NCBI GenBank assembly: GCA_050014195.1
Contig: JBEKDT010000006.1
Coordinates: 96,001 to 160,000 of the forward strand
Direction: 5' to 3'
From: Desulfomonilia bacterium
GTDB taxonomy: Bacteria > Desulfobacterota > Desulfomonilia > UBA1062
Length of the DNA stretch: 64,000 nt
Every line of letters starts with the position of its first letter. The stretch's first letter is position 1. Under the pieces are notes generated by a model that was not told the origin of the DNA, ran no database searches, and saw only the letters and a program-made list of their open reading frames with translations. Both the position numbers and the translations under genes were made by a program. Below, in pieces: positions 23,424-34,878 of this stretch.

Positions 23424-24612
23424 GGAGACATTCAAGAGGACGAAGCCGCATGTGAATGTGGGGACGATTGGTCATATTGATCATGGGAAGACGACGTTGA
23501 CGGCGGCGATCACGAAGCATTTGGCGAAGAAGGGCATGGCCGAGTACGTGGCGTATGACCAGATAGATAAGGCTCCGGAAGAGAAGGAGCGAGGGATCAC
23601 GATCAACACGGCGCATGTGGAGTATGAGACGGAGAAGAGGCACTATGCGCACATCGATTGTCCTGGACATGCGGACTACATCAAGAACATGATAACGGGA
23701 GCGGCGCAGATGGACGGGGCGATATTGGTGGTGGCGGCCTCTGACGGTCCGATGCCGCAGACGCGTGAGCACATTTTGTTGGCGAAGCAGGTGAATGTGC
23801 CGGCGATGGTGGTATTCATGAACAAGGTGGACCAGGTGGACGATCCGGAGTTATTGGAGCTGGTGGAGCTGGAGCTTCGGGAGCTTTTGAGTGCGTATGA
23901 TTTTCCTGGGGACGAGATACCGATCATACGGGGGAGCGCGTTGAAGGCTCTTGAGACGGATGATTCGGATGGTGCGGATGCGAAGTGCATATTTGAGTTG
24001 ATGGATGCGGTGGACAGCTACATACCCGAGCCGGTCAGGGACATAGACAAGCCGTTTTTGATGCCTGTAGAGGACATATTTACGATCAGCGGGCGCGGTA
24101 CGGTGGTGACGGGCCGAGTAGAGCGCGGGATCATCAAGGTAGGGGACGAGGTGGAGATAATAGGGATACGACCCACGATCAAGACGGTGTGCACGGGCGT
24201 TGAGATGTTCCGGAAGACGCTGGATGAGGGTCGTGCCGGGGACAATGTAGGGGTGCTGATCCGTGGGACGAAGCGTGAGGAGGTGGAGAGGGGGCAGGTA
24301 GTGGCGAAGCCCGGATCGATCAATCCGCACGTGCATTTTAGTTCCGAGGTATATGTATTAAAGAAGGAAGAGGGTGGTCGTCACACGCCGTTTTTCACGG
24401 GGTATCGGCCGCAGTTTTATTTTCGGACGACGGACGTGACGGGGGACATCAAGTTGCCCGAAGGGGTGGAGATGGTGATGCCCGGGGACAACGTGACGAT
24501 GGAAGTGACGCTGATAGCGCCGATCGCGATGGAAGAGGGATTGCGTTTCGCCATTCGAGAAGGCGGCAGGACCGTGGCATCCGGCGTCATCGTCAAGGTC
24601 ATCCCGGACTAA
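23416..24612 (+). CDS. tuf: Elongation factor Tu (str-operon copy)
   Basis: Protein identical to 7350-8546. Confidence 0.99.
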   Translation: MAKETFKRTKPHVNVGTIGHIDHGKTTLTAAITKHLAKKGMAEYVAYDQIDKAPEEKERGITINTAHVEYETEKRHYAHIDCPGHADYIKNMITGAAQMDGAILVVAASDGPMPQTREHILLAKQVNVPAMVVFMNKVDQVDDPELLELVELELRELLSAYDFPGDEIPIIRGSALKALETDDSDGADAKCIFELMDAVDSYIPEPVRDIDKPFLMPVEDIFTISGRGTVVTGRVERGIIKVGDEVEIIGIRPTIKTVCTGVEMFRKTLDEGRAGDNVGVLIRGTKREEVERGQVVAKPGSINPHVHFSSEVYVLKKEEGGRHTPFFTGYRPQFYFRTTDVTGDIKLPEGVEMVMPGDNVTMEVTLIAPIAMEEGLRFAIREGGRTVASGVIVKVIPD

Positions 24613-24649
24613 ATTTAAGGATATCGAGAAGAAAACAGGAGTAGACACG

Positions 24650-24958
24650 ATGGAGACCCAAAGGATACGCATACGACTGAAAGGTTACGACCACAAGCTC
24701 ATAGACCAGTCTGTGCAGGAGATCGTAGATGCGGCACGCAGGACCGGTGCCAGGGTGGCCGGGCCCATCCCCCTGCCCACGAAGATCGAGCGCTTCTGTG
24801 TCTTGAGGTCTCCTCACGTGGATAAAAAATCAAGGGACCAGTTTGAGATCCGCACCTTCAAGCGGCTCCTGGACATCCTTGACCCCACCCAGCAGACCGT
24901 GGACTCTTTGATGAAGCTGGATCTCTCGGCCGGGGTGGATGTGGAGATCAAGCTCTAA
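24650..24958 (+). CDS. rpsJ: 30S ribosomal protein S10
   Basis: [17 protein letters not shown]. Confidence 0.99.
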   Translation: METQRIRIRLKGYDHKLIDQSVQEIVDAARRTGARVAGPIPLPTKIERFCVLRSPHVDKKSRDQFEIRTFKRLLDILDPTQQTVDSLMKLDLSAGVDVEIKL

Positions 24959-24964
24959 GCCAAT

Positions 24965-25606
24965 ATGGAGACAGCCATGATCAAGGGTATAATCGGAAAA
25001 AAGCTCGGTATGAGCCAGATGTTCAATGAGAACGGGGATCTTGTCCCGGTAACGCTCATTTTAATAGGGCCCTGTTATGTCGTCCAGAAGAAATTCAAGG
25101 ACAGGGACGGCTATGACGCCCTGCAGCTCGGCTTCGGCGAGAAGAAGGAAAAGCGTGTAAGCAAGCCGGACAAGGGGCACCAGGAAAAGGCAGGGAAGGG
25201 ATTTTTCTATAACTTGCGTGAAGTGGCATGCGACGACGTGAATACCGTGGAAGTCGGCCGGGAGATCAAGGTGAGTGAGGTCTTTGCCAAGGGAGAAGAC
25301 ATCAAGATCACCGGCATCTCAAAGGGCAAGGGATTTGCCAGCGTTGTCCGCAGGCACGGATTCGGCGGTTTGCCGGGAAGCCACGGCTCGCTCATTCTGA
25401 ATGAAACGGGCTCCATAGGCACCAATACCTCGCCGGGCAAGGTTATCAAGAACAAGAAGATGCCGGGCCACCTGGGCAACAAGCAGGTCACGGTCAAGGG
25501 TTTGAAGGTAGTGGATATCCAGGAAGAAAAGAATATGATAGCGATCCGCGGAGCAGTACCCGGTAGCAAGGGACAGCTCGTTATATTGAGGAAGCAAGAG
25601 GGTTAA
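24965..25606 (+). CDS. rplC: 50S ribosomal protein L3 (start may be 24977)
   Basis: GKKLGMSQ, DGYDALQLG, SKGKGF. Confidence 0.97.
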   Translation: METAMIKGIIGKKLGMSQMFNENGDLVPVTLILIGPCYVVQKKFKDRDGYDALQLGFGEKKEKRVSKPDKGHQEKAGKGFFYNLREVACDDVNTVEVGREIKVSEVFAKGEDIKITGISKGKGFASVVRRHGFGGLPGSHGSLILNETGSIGTNTSPGKVIKNKKMPGHLGNKQVTVKGLKVVDIQEEKNMIAIRGAVPGSKGQLVILRKQEG

Positions 25607-25609
25607 GCC

Positions 25610-26233
25610 ATGCCGGTTGTTGATGTGTTCAACGTTGCAGGTGATAAGGTTAAAGAGATCCGGCTCGATGATGCAATATTCGGGTGCGAGGTGAAGTCCC
25701 ACCTGATTTATGATGCCGTTATCTGGCAGAGGGCCAATAGAAGGGCTGCAACCGCCAAGACTAAGACCCGCACCGAGGTGTCGGGCGGCGGTAAGAAGCC
25801 CTGGAAACAAAAAGGGACGGGCCGCGCCCGGGCAGGCACCAACCGCTCGCCTTTGTGGAGGCACGGAGGCGTGATCTTCGGCCCGAACAACAGGAATTAC
25901 GTCATCGGCCTGCCCAAGAAGGTCCGCAGGCAGGCGTTATGCTCGGCATTAAGCATGAAGACACATGAGAACATGCTCAAGGTCGTGGATGTAATCGAGT
26001 TTGCCGAGCCCAAGACCAAGCAGTATGTGAAGGCCCTTGGTGCATTGGGCATGGAAAATTCACTGGTGGTCGTCGGCGGTGCGGACCCGAACGTTTTATT
26101 GGCATCCAGGAACCACGCCAAGAGCAAGCTTTTGGATGTAAAGGGCCTGAATGTCTATGACATCCTCAAATACAAAGGCCTGGTGATCGACCTGAAGGCC
26201 GTCGAGCTCATCGAAGAGAGGCTGAAGTCATGA
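25610..26233 (+). CDS. rplD: 50S ribosomal protein L4
   Basis: [14 protein letters not shown]. Confidence 0.99.
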   Translation: MPVVDVFNVAGDKVKEIRLDDAIFGCEVKSHLIYDAVIWQRANRRAATAKTKTRTEVSGGGKKPWKQKGTGRARAGTNRSPLWRHGGVIFGPNNRNYVIGLPKKVRRQALCSALSMKTHENMLKVVDVIEFAEPKTKQYVKALGALGMENSLVVVGGADPNVLLASRNHAKSKLLDVKGLNVYDILKYKGLVIDLKAVELIEERLKS

Positions 26234-26520
26234 AGACTGCAAGTAGCATACTCAAGCGGCCGCTCGTCACGGAAAAAGGGACTCAGCTCAGAGAGAAGGA
26301 TAACAAGGTGGTCTTCTCCGTGGCGAAAGACGCCAACAAGATCGAGATCAAGCAAGCCGTGGAAGAGTTGTTCAATGTACATGTCGAAGACGTCAAGACC
26401 ATGGTCATGAAGGGAAAAATAAAGCGCTGGGGATACCGACCCTACCAGCGCTCCGATTGGAAGAAGGCGATCGTCACGCTGAAAGCCGGCGAGACCATCG
26501 AATTCTATGAAGGGGTATAA
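26230..26520 (+). CDS. rplW: 50S ribosomal protein L23
   Basis: [21 protein letters not shown]. Confidence 0.98.
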   Translation: MKTASSILKRPLVTEKGTQLREKDNKVVFSVAKDANKIEIKQAVEELFNVHVEDVKTMVMKGKIKRWGYRPYQRSDWKKAIVTLKAGETIEFYEGV

Positions 26521-26523
26521 CCG

Positions 26524-27345
26524 ATGAGCATACGCGGCTTCAAACCAACATCGGCGGGCAGGCGCTCCATGACGGTCTCCACCTTTGATGAGATCACGAA
26601 AGTCGAGCCCGAGAAATCGCTCACCTTCCGCCTCAAGAAGAACAGCGGCCGGAACAATCTGGGCCGTATCACAGTGCGCCATCAGGGCGGCGGGAGCACG
26701 AGACTCTACCGTATCATCGACTTCAGACGCGACAAGGTGGGCGTGCCCGGCAAGATCATGACCGTCGAGTACGATCCCAACCGCTCCGCTCGGATATCGC
26801 TTGTGCAGTACACGGACGGCGAGAAGCGCTATATCCTCTGGCCGGAAGGCTTGAGCGTGGGCAGCACGATAATCACCTCGGAAGAGGCGGAGATCAGGAC
26901 GGGCAATGTCCTGACCCTAAAGGCCATGCCGCTCGGTACATTCGTCCATAATGTCGAATGCAAGCTTGGTAAGGGCGGTCAGCTTATCCGTTCCGCCGGG
27001 ACCTACGGACAGGTGCTCGCCAAGGAAGGCGGCTACGTGCAGATAAAGATGCCCTCGGGAGAGGTGCGCAAGGTCTTTGCCGAGTGCAAGGCCACCATCG
27101 GCCAGGTGGGTAATGTCAGCCACCAGAACATCACCATCGGCAAGGCGGGCCGGAAACGCTGGCTTGGTATCAGACCTACGGTGCGCGGTGTTGCCATGAA
27201 CCCTGTGGATCATCCGCACGGCGGCGGCGAAGGCCGGGTGAAGGGTAATCATCCGGTGACCCCATGGGGCGTTTCCACCAAAGGTCACAAGACCAGGAAA
27301 CGCACGAAGGACTCTAATAAGTACATCGTGAAGAGGAGGAAGTAA
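26524..27345 (+). CDS. rplB: 50S ribosomal protein L2
   Basis: [21 protein letters not shown]. Confidence 0.99.
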   Translation: MSIRGFKPTSAGRRSMTVSTFDEITKVEPEKSLTFRLKKNSGRNNLGRITVRHQGGGSTRLYRIIDFRRDKVGVPGKIMTVEYDPNRSARISLVQYTDGEKRYILWPEGLSVGSTIITSEEAEIRTGNVLTLKAMPLGTFVHNVECKLGKGGQLIRSAGTYGQVLAKEGGYVQIKMPSGEVRKVFAECKATIGQVGNVSHQNITIGKAGRKRWLGIRPTVRGVAMNPVDHPHGGGEGRVKGNHPVTPWGVSTKGHKTRKRTKDSNKYIVKRRK

Positions 27346-27348
27346 GCC

Positions 27349-27630
27349 GTGTCCCGTTCACTGAAGAAAGGGCCGTTTATCGATGACCACCTTCTGAAGA
27401 AGGTTCTCCAGGCCCAGGAGTCAGGCAGCCGTAAGGTTATCAAGACCTGGTCGAGGCGCTCGGTCGTCCTCCCTGAGTTCGTGGGGCTCACCTTTGCCGT
27501 GCACAACGGCAAGAAGTTTGTCCCCGTATATTGCACTGAAGAAATGGTTGGGCACAGGCTCGGAGAATTTTCTCCGACCCGCACCTTCTACGGCCATGCC
27601 GGCGACAGAAAGTCATCGAGAAAGGGGTAG
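27349..27630 (+). CDS. rpsS: 30S ribosomal protein S19
   Basis: [19 protein letters not shown]. Confidence 0.99.
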   Translation: MSRSLKKGPFIDDHLLKKVLQAQESGSRKVIKTWSRRSVVLPEFVGLTFAVHNGKKFVPVYCTEEMVGHRLGEFSPTRTFYGHAGDRKSSRKG

Positions 27631-27633
27631 GCC

Positions 27634-27966
27634 ATGGAGGCGAAAGCGATTTTAAGACACACCAGGGTCTCTCCCCAGAAGACGAGACTCCTTGCGGACC
27701 AGGTAAGAAGCAAGCAGATCGCGGATGCCCTGCGCATGCTCAATCTGCTCGGCACCAAGCGCGCCCGTATCATTGCCAAGGTCCTGAATTCGGCTGTGGC
27801 CAACGCGATGCATACCGGCATGATGGATGTGGATAATCTCTATGTGAAGTCGATCCAGATCGACGAGGGTCCGACCACGAAGAGGTTTAGGCCCCGCGCC
27901 CAGGGCAGGGCCAACAGGATCATCAAAAGGACTTCGCACATAGCCGTTGTTCTTGAAGAGCTTTAG
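27634..27966 (+). CDS. rplV: 50S ribosomal protein L22
   Basis: PRAQGRA...KRTSHI. Confidence 0.98.
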   Translation: MEAKAILRHTRVSPQKTRLLADQVRSKQIADALRMLNLLGTKRARIIAKVLNSAVANAMHTGMMDVDNLYVKSIQIDEGPTTKRFRPRAQGRANRIIKRTSHIAVVLEEL

Positions 27967-27981
27967 GAAAGGGGTCGATAA

Positions 27982-28629
27982 GTGGGACAGAAGATTCATC
28001 CGTACGGGTTTCGGCTCGGGGTCACCAAGGACTGGAAGGCCAAGTGGTATGCAGAGAAGAGTTTCGGAGGCCTGTTCGTGGAAGACCGCGGGATACGCAA
28101 CTTCATCAACAAGAATTTAAGCCATGCAGGGATCTCAAATATCATCATCGAGCGGGCGGCCAACAAGGTGAAACTTGTCATCTATACCGGCAGGCCAGGC
28201 CTTGTGATCGGCAGGAAGGGTCAGGGCGCTGAGACGCTCAAGAACGACCTCGCCAAGTTCGTGCACAAGGAGATCATGCTGGAGATCAAGGAAGTCAGAC
28301 GTCCCGAGACCGATGCCCAGATCGTGGCGGAAGGTATTGCAAGCCAGCTCGAGCGCAGGGTCGCGTACCGCAGGGCCATGAAGAGGGCCGTGAGCCAGGC
28401 CTTACGGATGGGCGCACAGGGCATCAAGGTGGCCTGTGCGGGCAGGCTTGCAGGCGCCGAAATCGCACGCAGGGAGTGGTATCGGGAAGGGCGTGTGCCG
28501 CTCCACACACTTCGCAGCGATGTGGACTACGGCTTCAAGGAGGCCTTCACCATGTACGGGGTCATCGGCGTGAAGGTGTGGATATACCACGGTGACATCA
28601 TGAAGAAGGCCGAAGAGGCGAGCGCGTAA
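27982..28629 (+). CDS. rpsC: 30S ribosomal protein S3
   Basis: [21 protein letters not shown]. Confidence 0.99.
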   Translation: MGQKIHPYGFRLGVTKDWKAKWYAEKSFGGLFVEDRGIRNFINKNLSHAGISNIIIERAANKVKLVIYTGRPGLVIGRKGQGAETLKNDLAKFVHKEIMLEIKEVRRPETDAQIVAEGIASQLERRVAYRRAMKRAVSQALRMGAQGIKVACAGRLAGAEIARREWYREGRVPLHTLRSDVDYGFKEAFTMYGVIGVKVWIYHGDIMKKAEEASA

Positions 28630-28646
28630 AGGGAGATTTTAAAACC

Positions 28647-29063
28647 ATGTTGATGCCGAACAAGGTAAAGCATAGAAAACAGATGCGGGGCCGCATGAAG
28701 GGGAGCCCCGAGCGGGGGGCACGGGTGGCCTTCGGGACATACGGCCTGCAGACATTAGAGCCCCACTGGATTACGGCCAGACAGATAGAAGCGGCACGTG
28801 TCGCCATCACCCGTTTCATCAAGAGGGGCGGCAAGGTATGGATCAGGCTTTTCCCGGATAAGCCCATCACCAAGAAGCCCGCTGAGACGCGTATGGGAAA
28901 GGGCAAGGGTGCGCCGGAAGAGTGGGTTGCACCGGTGAGGCCGGGCAGGATACTCTTCGAGATCGACGGGGTAACCGAGGAGCAGGCCAAAGAGGCCTTC
29001 CGACTTGCATCCCACAAGCTGCCGGTGAAGACCAGGTTTGTGGTAAGGGAGGGGGTCCTATGA
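28647..29063 (+). CDS. rplP: 50S ribosomal protein L16
   Basis: RQIEAAR, RMGKGKG. Confidence 0.99.
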   Translation: MLMPNKVKHRKQMRGRMKGSPERGARVAFGTYGLQTLEPHWITARQIEAARVAITRFIKRGGKVWIRLFPDKPITKKPAETRMGKGKGAPEEWVAPVRPGRILFEIDGVTEEQAKEAFRLASHKLPVKTRFVVREGVL

Positions 29064-29245
29064 AGGTCAAGGAAATCCGGGATAAGACGGCCGGCGAGGT
29101 CTCCCAGATCAAGACGAAACTCGAGCGCGACCTGATGAATGCACGCTTCAACAAGGCCATGGGCCAGCTCAAGGACAAGACCCTTATCCTCAAGCTGCGT
29201 CGTGATATTGCACGGATCAATACGATCACCCGGGAGAAACAGTAA
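29060..29245 (+). CDS. rpmC: 50S ribosomal protein L29
   Basis: MKVKEIRDK...[10 protein letters not shown]; ATG 29060. Confidence 0.95.
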   Translation: MKVKEIRDKTAGEVSQIKTKLERDLMNARFNKAMGQLKDKTLILKLRRDIARINTITREKQ

Positions 29246-29502
29246 TGGCAGACAAATCGAGAAAGCTGGAGTTGGCCGGAGTGGTCACGAGCGACAAGAT
29301 GGACAAGACCGTGGTCGTGACCGTCGAGCGGCTGGAAAAGCACCCTGTCTTTAAGAAATATATCCGCAGGCGTGCCAGGTTCAAGGCCCATGATGAACGC
29401 AATGAATGCAAGCCCGGCGACAAGGTTCTTATCCGTGAGTGCAGGCCCATCAGTAAAGACAAGAGCTGGAGGGTTGTGAAGATCCTCGAGAGACAGGAAT
29501 AG
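29245..29502 (+). CDS. rpsQ: 30S ribosomal protein S17
   Basis: [21 protein letters not shown]. Confidence 0.99.
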   Translation: MADKSRKLELAGVVTSDKMDKTVVVTVERLEKHPVFKKYIRRRARFKAHDERNECKPGDKVLIRECRPISKDKSWRVVKILERQE

Positions 29503-29528
29503 ATAGGTTTTAGTGGCGGAGGCTACCC

Positions 29529-29897
29529 ATGATCCAACAGCAGACAAGGCTCAAGGTTGCGGACAATTCAGGTGCAAAAGAGGTGATGTGCATCAAAGTG
29601 CTTGGCGGAACCAGACGCAGATATGCCTATTTGGGTGACGTGATCGTTGCGAGCGTGAAAGAGGCCATTCCCCGTTCCAAGGTGAAAAAGGGCGATGTGG
29701 TCAAGGCGGTGGTTGTAAGGACCAAAAAGACACAGAAACGCGCCGACGGGACGAGCATCCGGTTCGACGAGAACTCGGCCGTTATTCTCAACAACCAGAA
29801 TGAGCCCATCGGCACACGCATCTTCGGACCCGTGGCCCGCGAGCTCAGGGCAAAGAACTTCATGAAGATAGTCTCGCTGGCACCCGAAGTGCTCTAG
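29529..29897 (+). CDS. rplN: 50S ribosomal protein L14
   Basis: [16 protein letters not shown]. Confidence 0.99.
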   Translation: MIQQQTRLKVADNSGAKEVMCIKVLGGTRRRYAYLGDVIVASVKEAIPRSKVKKGDVVKAVVVRTKKTQKRADGTSIRFDENSAVILNNQNEPIGTRIFGPVARELRAKNFMKIVSLAPEVL

Positions 29898-29911
29898 TTA
29901 GGAGTAGAACA

Positions 29912-30247
29912 ATGGCAGTAGTGAGGTATGAGACAGGCAGGATCAAGAAGGGTGATACGGTGGTTGTCCTTGCAGGCAAGAACAAAGGCAAGCAGGGCAA
30001 TGTAATCCGGCTGCTCCACAAGAAAGACAGGCTCTACGTGGAGCGTGTCAACCTTATCAAGAGGCACACGAAACCCACGCAAAACTCCCAGGGCGGTATC
30101 GTGGAGAAGGAAGCAAGCATCCATACGTCCAATGTGGCGTTTGTCTGCCCCAAGTGCAAGAAGGGTGTGCGCATCGGGTACAAGGGGCATGAAGACGGCA
30201 CCAAGGTAAGGGTCTGCAGATCCTGCGGCGAGGAATTGGATAAGTGA
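29912..30247 (+). CDS. rplX: 50S ribosomal protein L24
   Basis: [17 protein letters not shown]; C-terminal CxxC...CxxC. Confidence 0.98.
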   Translation: MAVVRYETGRIKKGDTVVVLAGKNKGKQGNVIRLLHKKDRLYVERVNLIKRHTKPTQNSQGGIVEKEASIHTSNVAFVCPKCKKGVRIGYKGHEDGTKVRVCRSCGEELDK

Positions 30248-30255
30248 GGTTATAG

Positions 30256-30795
30256 ATGGCAAGGCTCAAGGATTATTACGTAAAGGAGATCGTGCCTGCC
30301 TTAAAGGCGGAATACGGATACACCAATGTCCACCAGATTCCCAAGGTCGTGAAGGTCGTCTTGAACATGGGTCTGGGTGAGGCCGTAGCCGACGTCAAGA
30401 TCATCGACAAGGCAGTGGAAGAACTTACGGCTATCACCGGACAGAAGCCGATCGTCCGGAAGGCACGCAAGTCTATTGCGGCATTCAAGCTCAGGGAAGG
30501 AATGCCTGTCGGTGTAGCCGTGACGCTCAGAGGCGGCATGATGTATGAGTTCTTAGATAGGCTCATCAATGCGGTCCTGCCCCGCGTGAGAGACTTCCGG
30601 GGCATCTCGCCCAAGGGTTTCGACGGGCGCGGGAACTACACGATGGGGTTGACGGACCAGACCGTGTTCCCCGAGATAGACTTCGACGCGGTTGACAAAC
30701 TCAGGGGTATGAATATAACCATTGTGACTACGGCTACAAGCGATGATCAGAGCAGGAGCCTGCTCGCAGCCTTTGGAATGCCCTTTCGGAAGTAA
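30256..30795 (+). CDS. rplE: 50S ribosomal protein L5
   Basis: [16 protein letters not shown]. Confidence 0.99.
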   Translation: MARLKDYYVKEIVPALKAEYGYTNVHQIPKVVKVVLNMGLGEAVADVKIIDKAVEELTAITGQKPIVRKARKSIAAFKLREGMPVGVAVTLRGGMMYEFLDRLINAVLPRVRDFRGISPKGFDGRGNYTMGLTDQTVFPEIDFDAVDKLRGMNITIVTTATSDDQSRSLLAAFGMPFRK

Positions 30796-30804
30796 GAGGA
30801 TACT

Positions 30805-30990
30805 ATGGCAAAAAAATCTTTGATCGCAAAGCAGAAGAGGTCGCCGAAGTTCAAGGTGAGGCAGTATAACCGGTGCATGTTGTGCGGCAGGCCGCACGCA
30901 TATTATCGCAAGTTCGGCATCTGTAGGATTTGCCTGAGGAACTTTGCCATGAAGGGCGAGATCCCGGGCTTAAAGAAATCAAGCTGGTAA
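30805..30990 (+). CDS. rpsN: 30S ribosomal protein S14 type Z (Zn-binding)
   Basis: 61 aa; RCMLCGR...ICRIC. Confidence 0.98.
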   Translation: MAKKSLIAKQKRSPKFKVRQYNRCMLCGRPHAYYRKFGICRICLRNFAMKGEIPGLKKSSW

Positions 30991-31004
30991 GAGAGGAACA
31001 CTTC

Positions 31005-31397
31005 ATGCATACCGATCCCATTGCGGACATGATCACCAGGATTCGTAACGCGGCTTTAGCCATGAGGGAAAGTGTCGACATCCCGGCATCAAAACTCAAG
31101 ATCGATCTCGCCGAGATCCTCATGAAAGAGGGTTATATCAAGGCGTACCGGGTTATCGACGACGGAAAGCAGGGCACACTGCGGGTGAATCTGAAATATT
31201 TCAACTCCCGCCACGTCATCAGCGGCATCCAGAGGGTCTCGCGACCGGGCAGACGGATTTACAAGGGCGCAGGCGAAATCGCGGCCATACGCGGCGGCTT
31301 GGGCATTTCCATCGTGAGCACCTCTTCGGGCCTCATGACTGACCTTAAGGCCAAGGCCAGTAACGTGGGCGGAGAGGTCCTGATGAAGGTCTGGTAA
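31005..31397 (+). CDS. rpsH: 30S ribosomal protein S8
   Basis: DPIADMITRIRNA, SRPGRRIY; ATG 31005. Confidence 0.98.
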   Translation: MHTDPIADMITRIRNAALAMRESVDIPASKLKIDLAEILMKEGYIKAYRVIDDGKQGTLRVNLKYFNSRHVISGIQRVSRPGRRIYKGAGEIAAIRGGLGISIVSTSSGLMTDLKAKASNVGGEVLMKVW

Positions 31398-31406
31398 GGA
31401 GCAAAA

Positions 31407-31955
31407 ATGTCGATTTCAAGGATTGGAAAACTGCCTATTGCCATACCCAAGGGTGTGACCGTCACCCTGGATGGAGACACCATCAGGGTGAAGGGACCCA
31501 AGGGCGAGCTCTCTAAGAAGTGTGTGGGCAATATCGTAGTGAAGATCGAGGGTGGTGAGCTGCTGTTCACTCCCGGCGATGAAGAGCGAAAGACAAAGGC
31601 CTTCCACGGGCTCATGCGGGCGCTGGCCAACAACATGGTAACAGGCGTCACCGAAGGGTTCGTCCGGAGGCTCAGGATAGTGGGTATTGGATACCGCGGC
31701 GAGGCCAAGGGCAGCACGCTCGTACTGAGCGTGGGATATTCACACCCGGTGGAGTTCCCCCTTCCCAAGGGTATATCCGGCACAGTGACCAAAGAGGGTC
31801 TCATTGAGCTTACAGGCATTGACAACGAACTCTTAGGCGATGTTGCCGCCCGTATCCGCAAGGTCAGGAAGCCCGATTCCTATGCGGGCAAGGGCATAAG
31901 GTATGACGGCGAAGTGGTAAGGATAAAGCCGGGCAAGAGCGCCGCTAAAGGTTAA
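31407..31955 (+). CDS. rplF: 50S ribosomal protein L6
   Basis: SRIGKLPI, GKGIRY. Confidence 0.98.
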   Translation: MSISRIGKLPIAIPKGVTVTLDGDTIRVKGPKGELSKKCVGNIVVKIEGGELLFTPGDEERKTKAFHGLMRALANNMVTGVTEGFVRRLRIVGIGYRGEAKGSTLVLSVGYSHPVEFPLPKGISGTVTKEGLIELTGIDNELLGDVAARIRKVRKPDSYAGKGIRYDGEVVRIKPGKSAAKG

Positions 31956-31984
31956 GGGCTTTTTTTATAAGGAGTAGGTAAACC

Positions 31985-32347
31985 GTGAGCAAAAAGAGTG
32001 CAAAGGAAGCCTGGGAGCTCAGAAAAGAGCGGGTCCGTACGAAGATTTCCGGAACGCCTAATAGGCTGCGCCTGAGCGTGTACCGGGGCAACAGGAACAT
32101 CTACACCCAGATCATTGATGACACCAAAGGCGTAACGCTGGTGGCCGCATCAAGCATGAGTCCCGAGATCCGCGGAAAGGTGAAGGGATTCGGCATCGAG
32201 ACCGCAAAACAGGTGGGTGCCTTGCTTGCCCAAAAGGCCAAGGCTTTAGGGATCGAAAAGGTGGTCTTCGACCGCTCGGGCTACAGGTACCACGGTAAGA
32301 TAAAGGCCCTATCCGAAGCCGCACGGGAAGGCGGGTTGAAGTTCTAA
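31985..32347 (+). CDS. rplR: 50S ribosomal protein L18
   Basis: [21 protein letters not shown]. Confidence 0.98.
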   Translation: MSKKSAKEAWELRKERVRTKISGTPNRLRLSVYRGNRNIYTQIIDDTKGVTLVAASSMSPEIRGKVKGFGIETAKQVGALLAQKAKALGIEKVVFDRSGYRYHGKIKALSEAAREGGLKF

Positions 32348-32363
32348 GAAACGAGGTGGTGAA

Positions 32364-32870
32364 TTGGCTAGATTTGAAAAGATCGAAGAAGATAAGGATC
32401 AATTGATCGACAAGGTTGTATATATCAACCGCGTCGCCAAGGTCGTCAAGGGAGGCAAACGCTTCCGGTTCAGCGCGCTCGTTGTGGTGGGCGACGGCAA
32501 CGGCAAGGTCGGCCACGGGCTCGGCAAGGCCAAGGAAGTGTCGGTGAGCATCCGCAAGGGTGTCGAGGCCGCCAAGAAGGCAATGGTGGATGTGCCCATC
32601 ATAAAAGGCACGATACCCCATGCCATTACCGGTGAGTTCGGGTCCTCCAAGGTGTATGTAAAACCCGCTCCCGAAGGCACGGGCATTATTGCAGGCAACG
32701 CAGTCCGCGCCGTCATGGAGGCGGCAGGGTACCGGAACGTAGTGGCCAAGACTTTAGGCTCACGAAACCATAACAACGTCATCCGCGCCACTCTTGATGC
32801 CCTGGAGCGCTTGGAGACGAAGGAGTTCGTCGAGGCCAAGCGGGGCAAGTCTCTCGATGCGGTATTGTAA
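32364..32870 (+). CDS. rpsE: 30S ribosomal protein S5
   Basis: NRVAKVVKGGKRFRFSALVVVGD. Confidence 0.99.
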   Translation: MARFEKIEEDKDQLIDKVVYINRVAKVVKGGKRFRFSALVVVGDGNGKVGHGLGKAKEVSVSIRKGVEAAKKAMVDVPIIKGTIPHAITGEFGSSKVYVKPAPEGTGIIAGNAVRAVMEAAGYRNVVAKTLGSRNHNNVIRATLDALERLETKEFVEAKRGKSLDAVL

Positions 32871-32897
32871 ACCCAAAAAAGGGATGGAAAAGAAATC

Positions 32898-33080
32898 ATG
32901 GCTGGTAAGATAAAGGTGACATTGAGCCGTTCGGTGATCGGCTGTACGGTAAAGCAGAGGGCGGTCGTAACGGCATTGGGCCTGAAGAGGCGCGGCAGGT
33001 CGAGGATATTGCCCGACAACAAGGCAACCCGCGGTGCCATCAACAAGGTGCCTCATCTTTTAACCTGGGAGGAGGCATAA
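32898..33080 (+). CDS. rpmD: 50S ribosomal protein L30
   Basis: IKVTLSRSVIG...LGL...KVPHL. Confidence 0.96.
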   Translation: MAGKIKVTLSRSVIGCTVKQRAVVTALGLKRRGRSRILPDNKATRGAINKVPHLLTWEEA

Positions 33081-33081
33081 C

Positions 33082-33528
33082 ATGCTCGATCTATCAAACC
33101 TGAAACCGGCGGAAGGGTCACGGAAGAAGAGAAAGAGGGTCGGAAGAGGCAATGCATCGGGCATGGGCACCACCAGCGGCCGCGGCGCCAAGGGCCAGAA
33201 GGCGCGCTCCGGCGGCAGTGTTCCCCACTGGTTTGAAGGCGGGCAGATGCCCATATACCGCAGGCTCCCGAAGAGGGGTTTCAAGAATTTCTTATTCCGC
33301 AAGGAATATGCAGTGGTGAACATCCGGGACCTTACCATATTCGAAAAGGGCAGCCTGGTGGACCGCAAGGCCTTGAAGGACAAGGGGAAGATCCCGAATT
33401 TGAGCGTCTCCGTCAAGCTGCTGGCAGACGGGGATATTGACATTCCATTGACAGTGAAGCTGGATAAGGCATCCCAGGCAGCCCTTGACAAGATCGTAAA
33501 GGCCGGCGGGACCTTCGAGGCTCTTTAG
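33082..33528 (+). CDS. rplO: 50S ribosomal protein L15
   Basis: RVGRG, FEGGQMP, RLPKRGF. Confidence 0.99.
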   Translation: MLDLSNLKPAEGSRKKRKRVGRGNASGMGTTSGRGAKGQKARSGGSVPHWFEGGQMPIYRRLPKRGFKNFLFRKEYAVVNIRDLTIFEKGSLVDRKALKDKGKIPNLSVSVKLLADGDIDIPLTVKLDKASQAALDKIVKAGGTFEAL

Positions 33529-33540
33529 GGGTTAATAAAA

Positions 33541-34848
33541 GTGAGCTACGGATTCGACAATATTGCAAAAGTACCTGAGCTGCAAAAGCGCATCATCTTT
33601 ACGCTGCTCATGCTCTTGGTCTACCGGGTCGGGATTCATATCCCCACACCCGGCATCGATTCCGCAGTGATGGCGGAATGGTTCGACCAGCAGAAGGGCA
33701 CCTTGCTGGGCATGTTTGATATGTTCGCAGGCGGCGGTTTCAGGAGTCTTTCCATCTTTGCCCTGGGTGTCATGCCCTACATCAGTTCCTCCATCATCGT
33801 ACAGCTCTTGTGCATGATCTATCCGCCATTCGAACAACTCCAGAAAGAGGGTGCGGCAGGCAAGCACAAGCTCACCGTGTACACACGCTACGGCACGGTC
33901 TTCCTCTGCATGGTCCAGAGTTATTTCATGGCCTTCGGCGTGGAACAGATGAGCATGGGCGGCCAGTCGGTGGTTATCATGCCGGGTTGGGGGTTCAGGC
34001 TCGTAGCCATGCTCACCATGACCACGGGCACCTGCTTCCTCATGTGGCTCGGCGAGCAGATCACGGAGCGCGGCATCGGCAACGGCATATCGCTCATCAT
34101 CTTTGCAGGTATTGTCGCGAGGCTGCCGGTGGCGGTCTACAACAGCGTAAGGCTTGCGCGTACCGGTGAAATGTCCATCTTCATACTGCTCTTTGTGGTG
34201 GTACTGATGCTGGCGGTCATCGGCGGCATCGTATTCATGGAGACTGCGCAGCGCAGGGTGCCCATCCAGTACCCCAAACAGATCAAGGGCCGCAAGGTCT
34301 ACGGCGGGCAGAGCACCCACCTGCCTCTGAAGATAAACATCTCGGGCGTTATTCCTCCCATCTTCGCTTCGTCCATCATCGTGTTTCCGGCCACCATTGC
34401 ACAGTTCTTCCCGGATGTGGGTTTTATGAAGTCGGTAGCGAATGCGCTGCATCCCAGGGGGATTGCATATAATGCCATATACATACTAGCGATCATCTTT
34501 TTCACGTATTTCTATACCGCGGTCATCTTCAACCCGTTGGATGTCGCCGAGAACCTCAAGAAGAACGGGGGATACGTCCCGGGTATCAGGCCGGGAAAGG
34601 CAACGGCCGAGTATCTTGACAAGGTGCTTTCAAGGCTCACGTTTATCGGGGCCATTTATCTGTGCGTCGTCTGCGTCCTGCCCATACTGCTCACGGCCAA
34701 GGCCAACGTGCCGTTTTATTTCGGCGGTACCTCGCTCCTGATTGTCATCGGCGTCTCTTTGGACACCATGAGCCAGATCGAGTCTCATTTGATAAGCAGG
34801 CAGTATGACGGTCTGTTAAAGACGGGCCGCATTCGTGGCAGAAGGTAG
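33541..34848 (+). CDS. secY: Preprotein translocase SecY
   Basis: SIFALGVMPYI, GIGNGISL, PGIRPG, FGGTSLLI. Confidence 0.99.
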   Translation: MSYGFDNIAKVPELQKRIIFTLLMLLVYRVGIHIPTPGIDSAVMAEWFDQQKGTLLGMFDMFAGGGFRSLSIFALGVMPYISSSIIVQLLCMIYPPFEQLQKEGAAGKHKLTVYTRYGTVFLCMVQSYFMAFGVEQMSMGGQSVVIMPGWGFRLVAMLTMTTGTCFLMWLGEQITERGIGNGISLIIFAGIVARLPVAVYNSVRLARTGEMSIFILLFVVVLMLAVIGGIVFMETAQRRVPIQYPKQIKGRKVYGGQSTHLPLKINISGVIPPIFASSIIVFPATIAQFFPDVGFMKSVANALHPRGIAYNAIYILAIIFFTYFYTAVIFNPLDVAENLKKNGGYVPGIRPGKATAEYLDKVLSRLTFIGAIYLCVVCVLPILLTAKANVPFYFGGTSLLIVIGVSLDTMSQIESHLISRQYDGLLKTGRIRGRR

Positions 34849-34878
34849 CTCATACAACCTTAAGAGGGGGGAATCATC

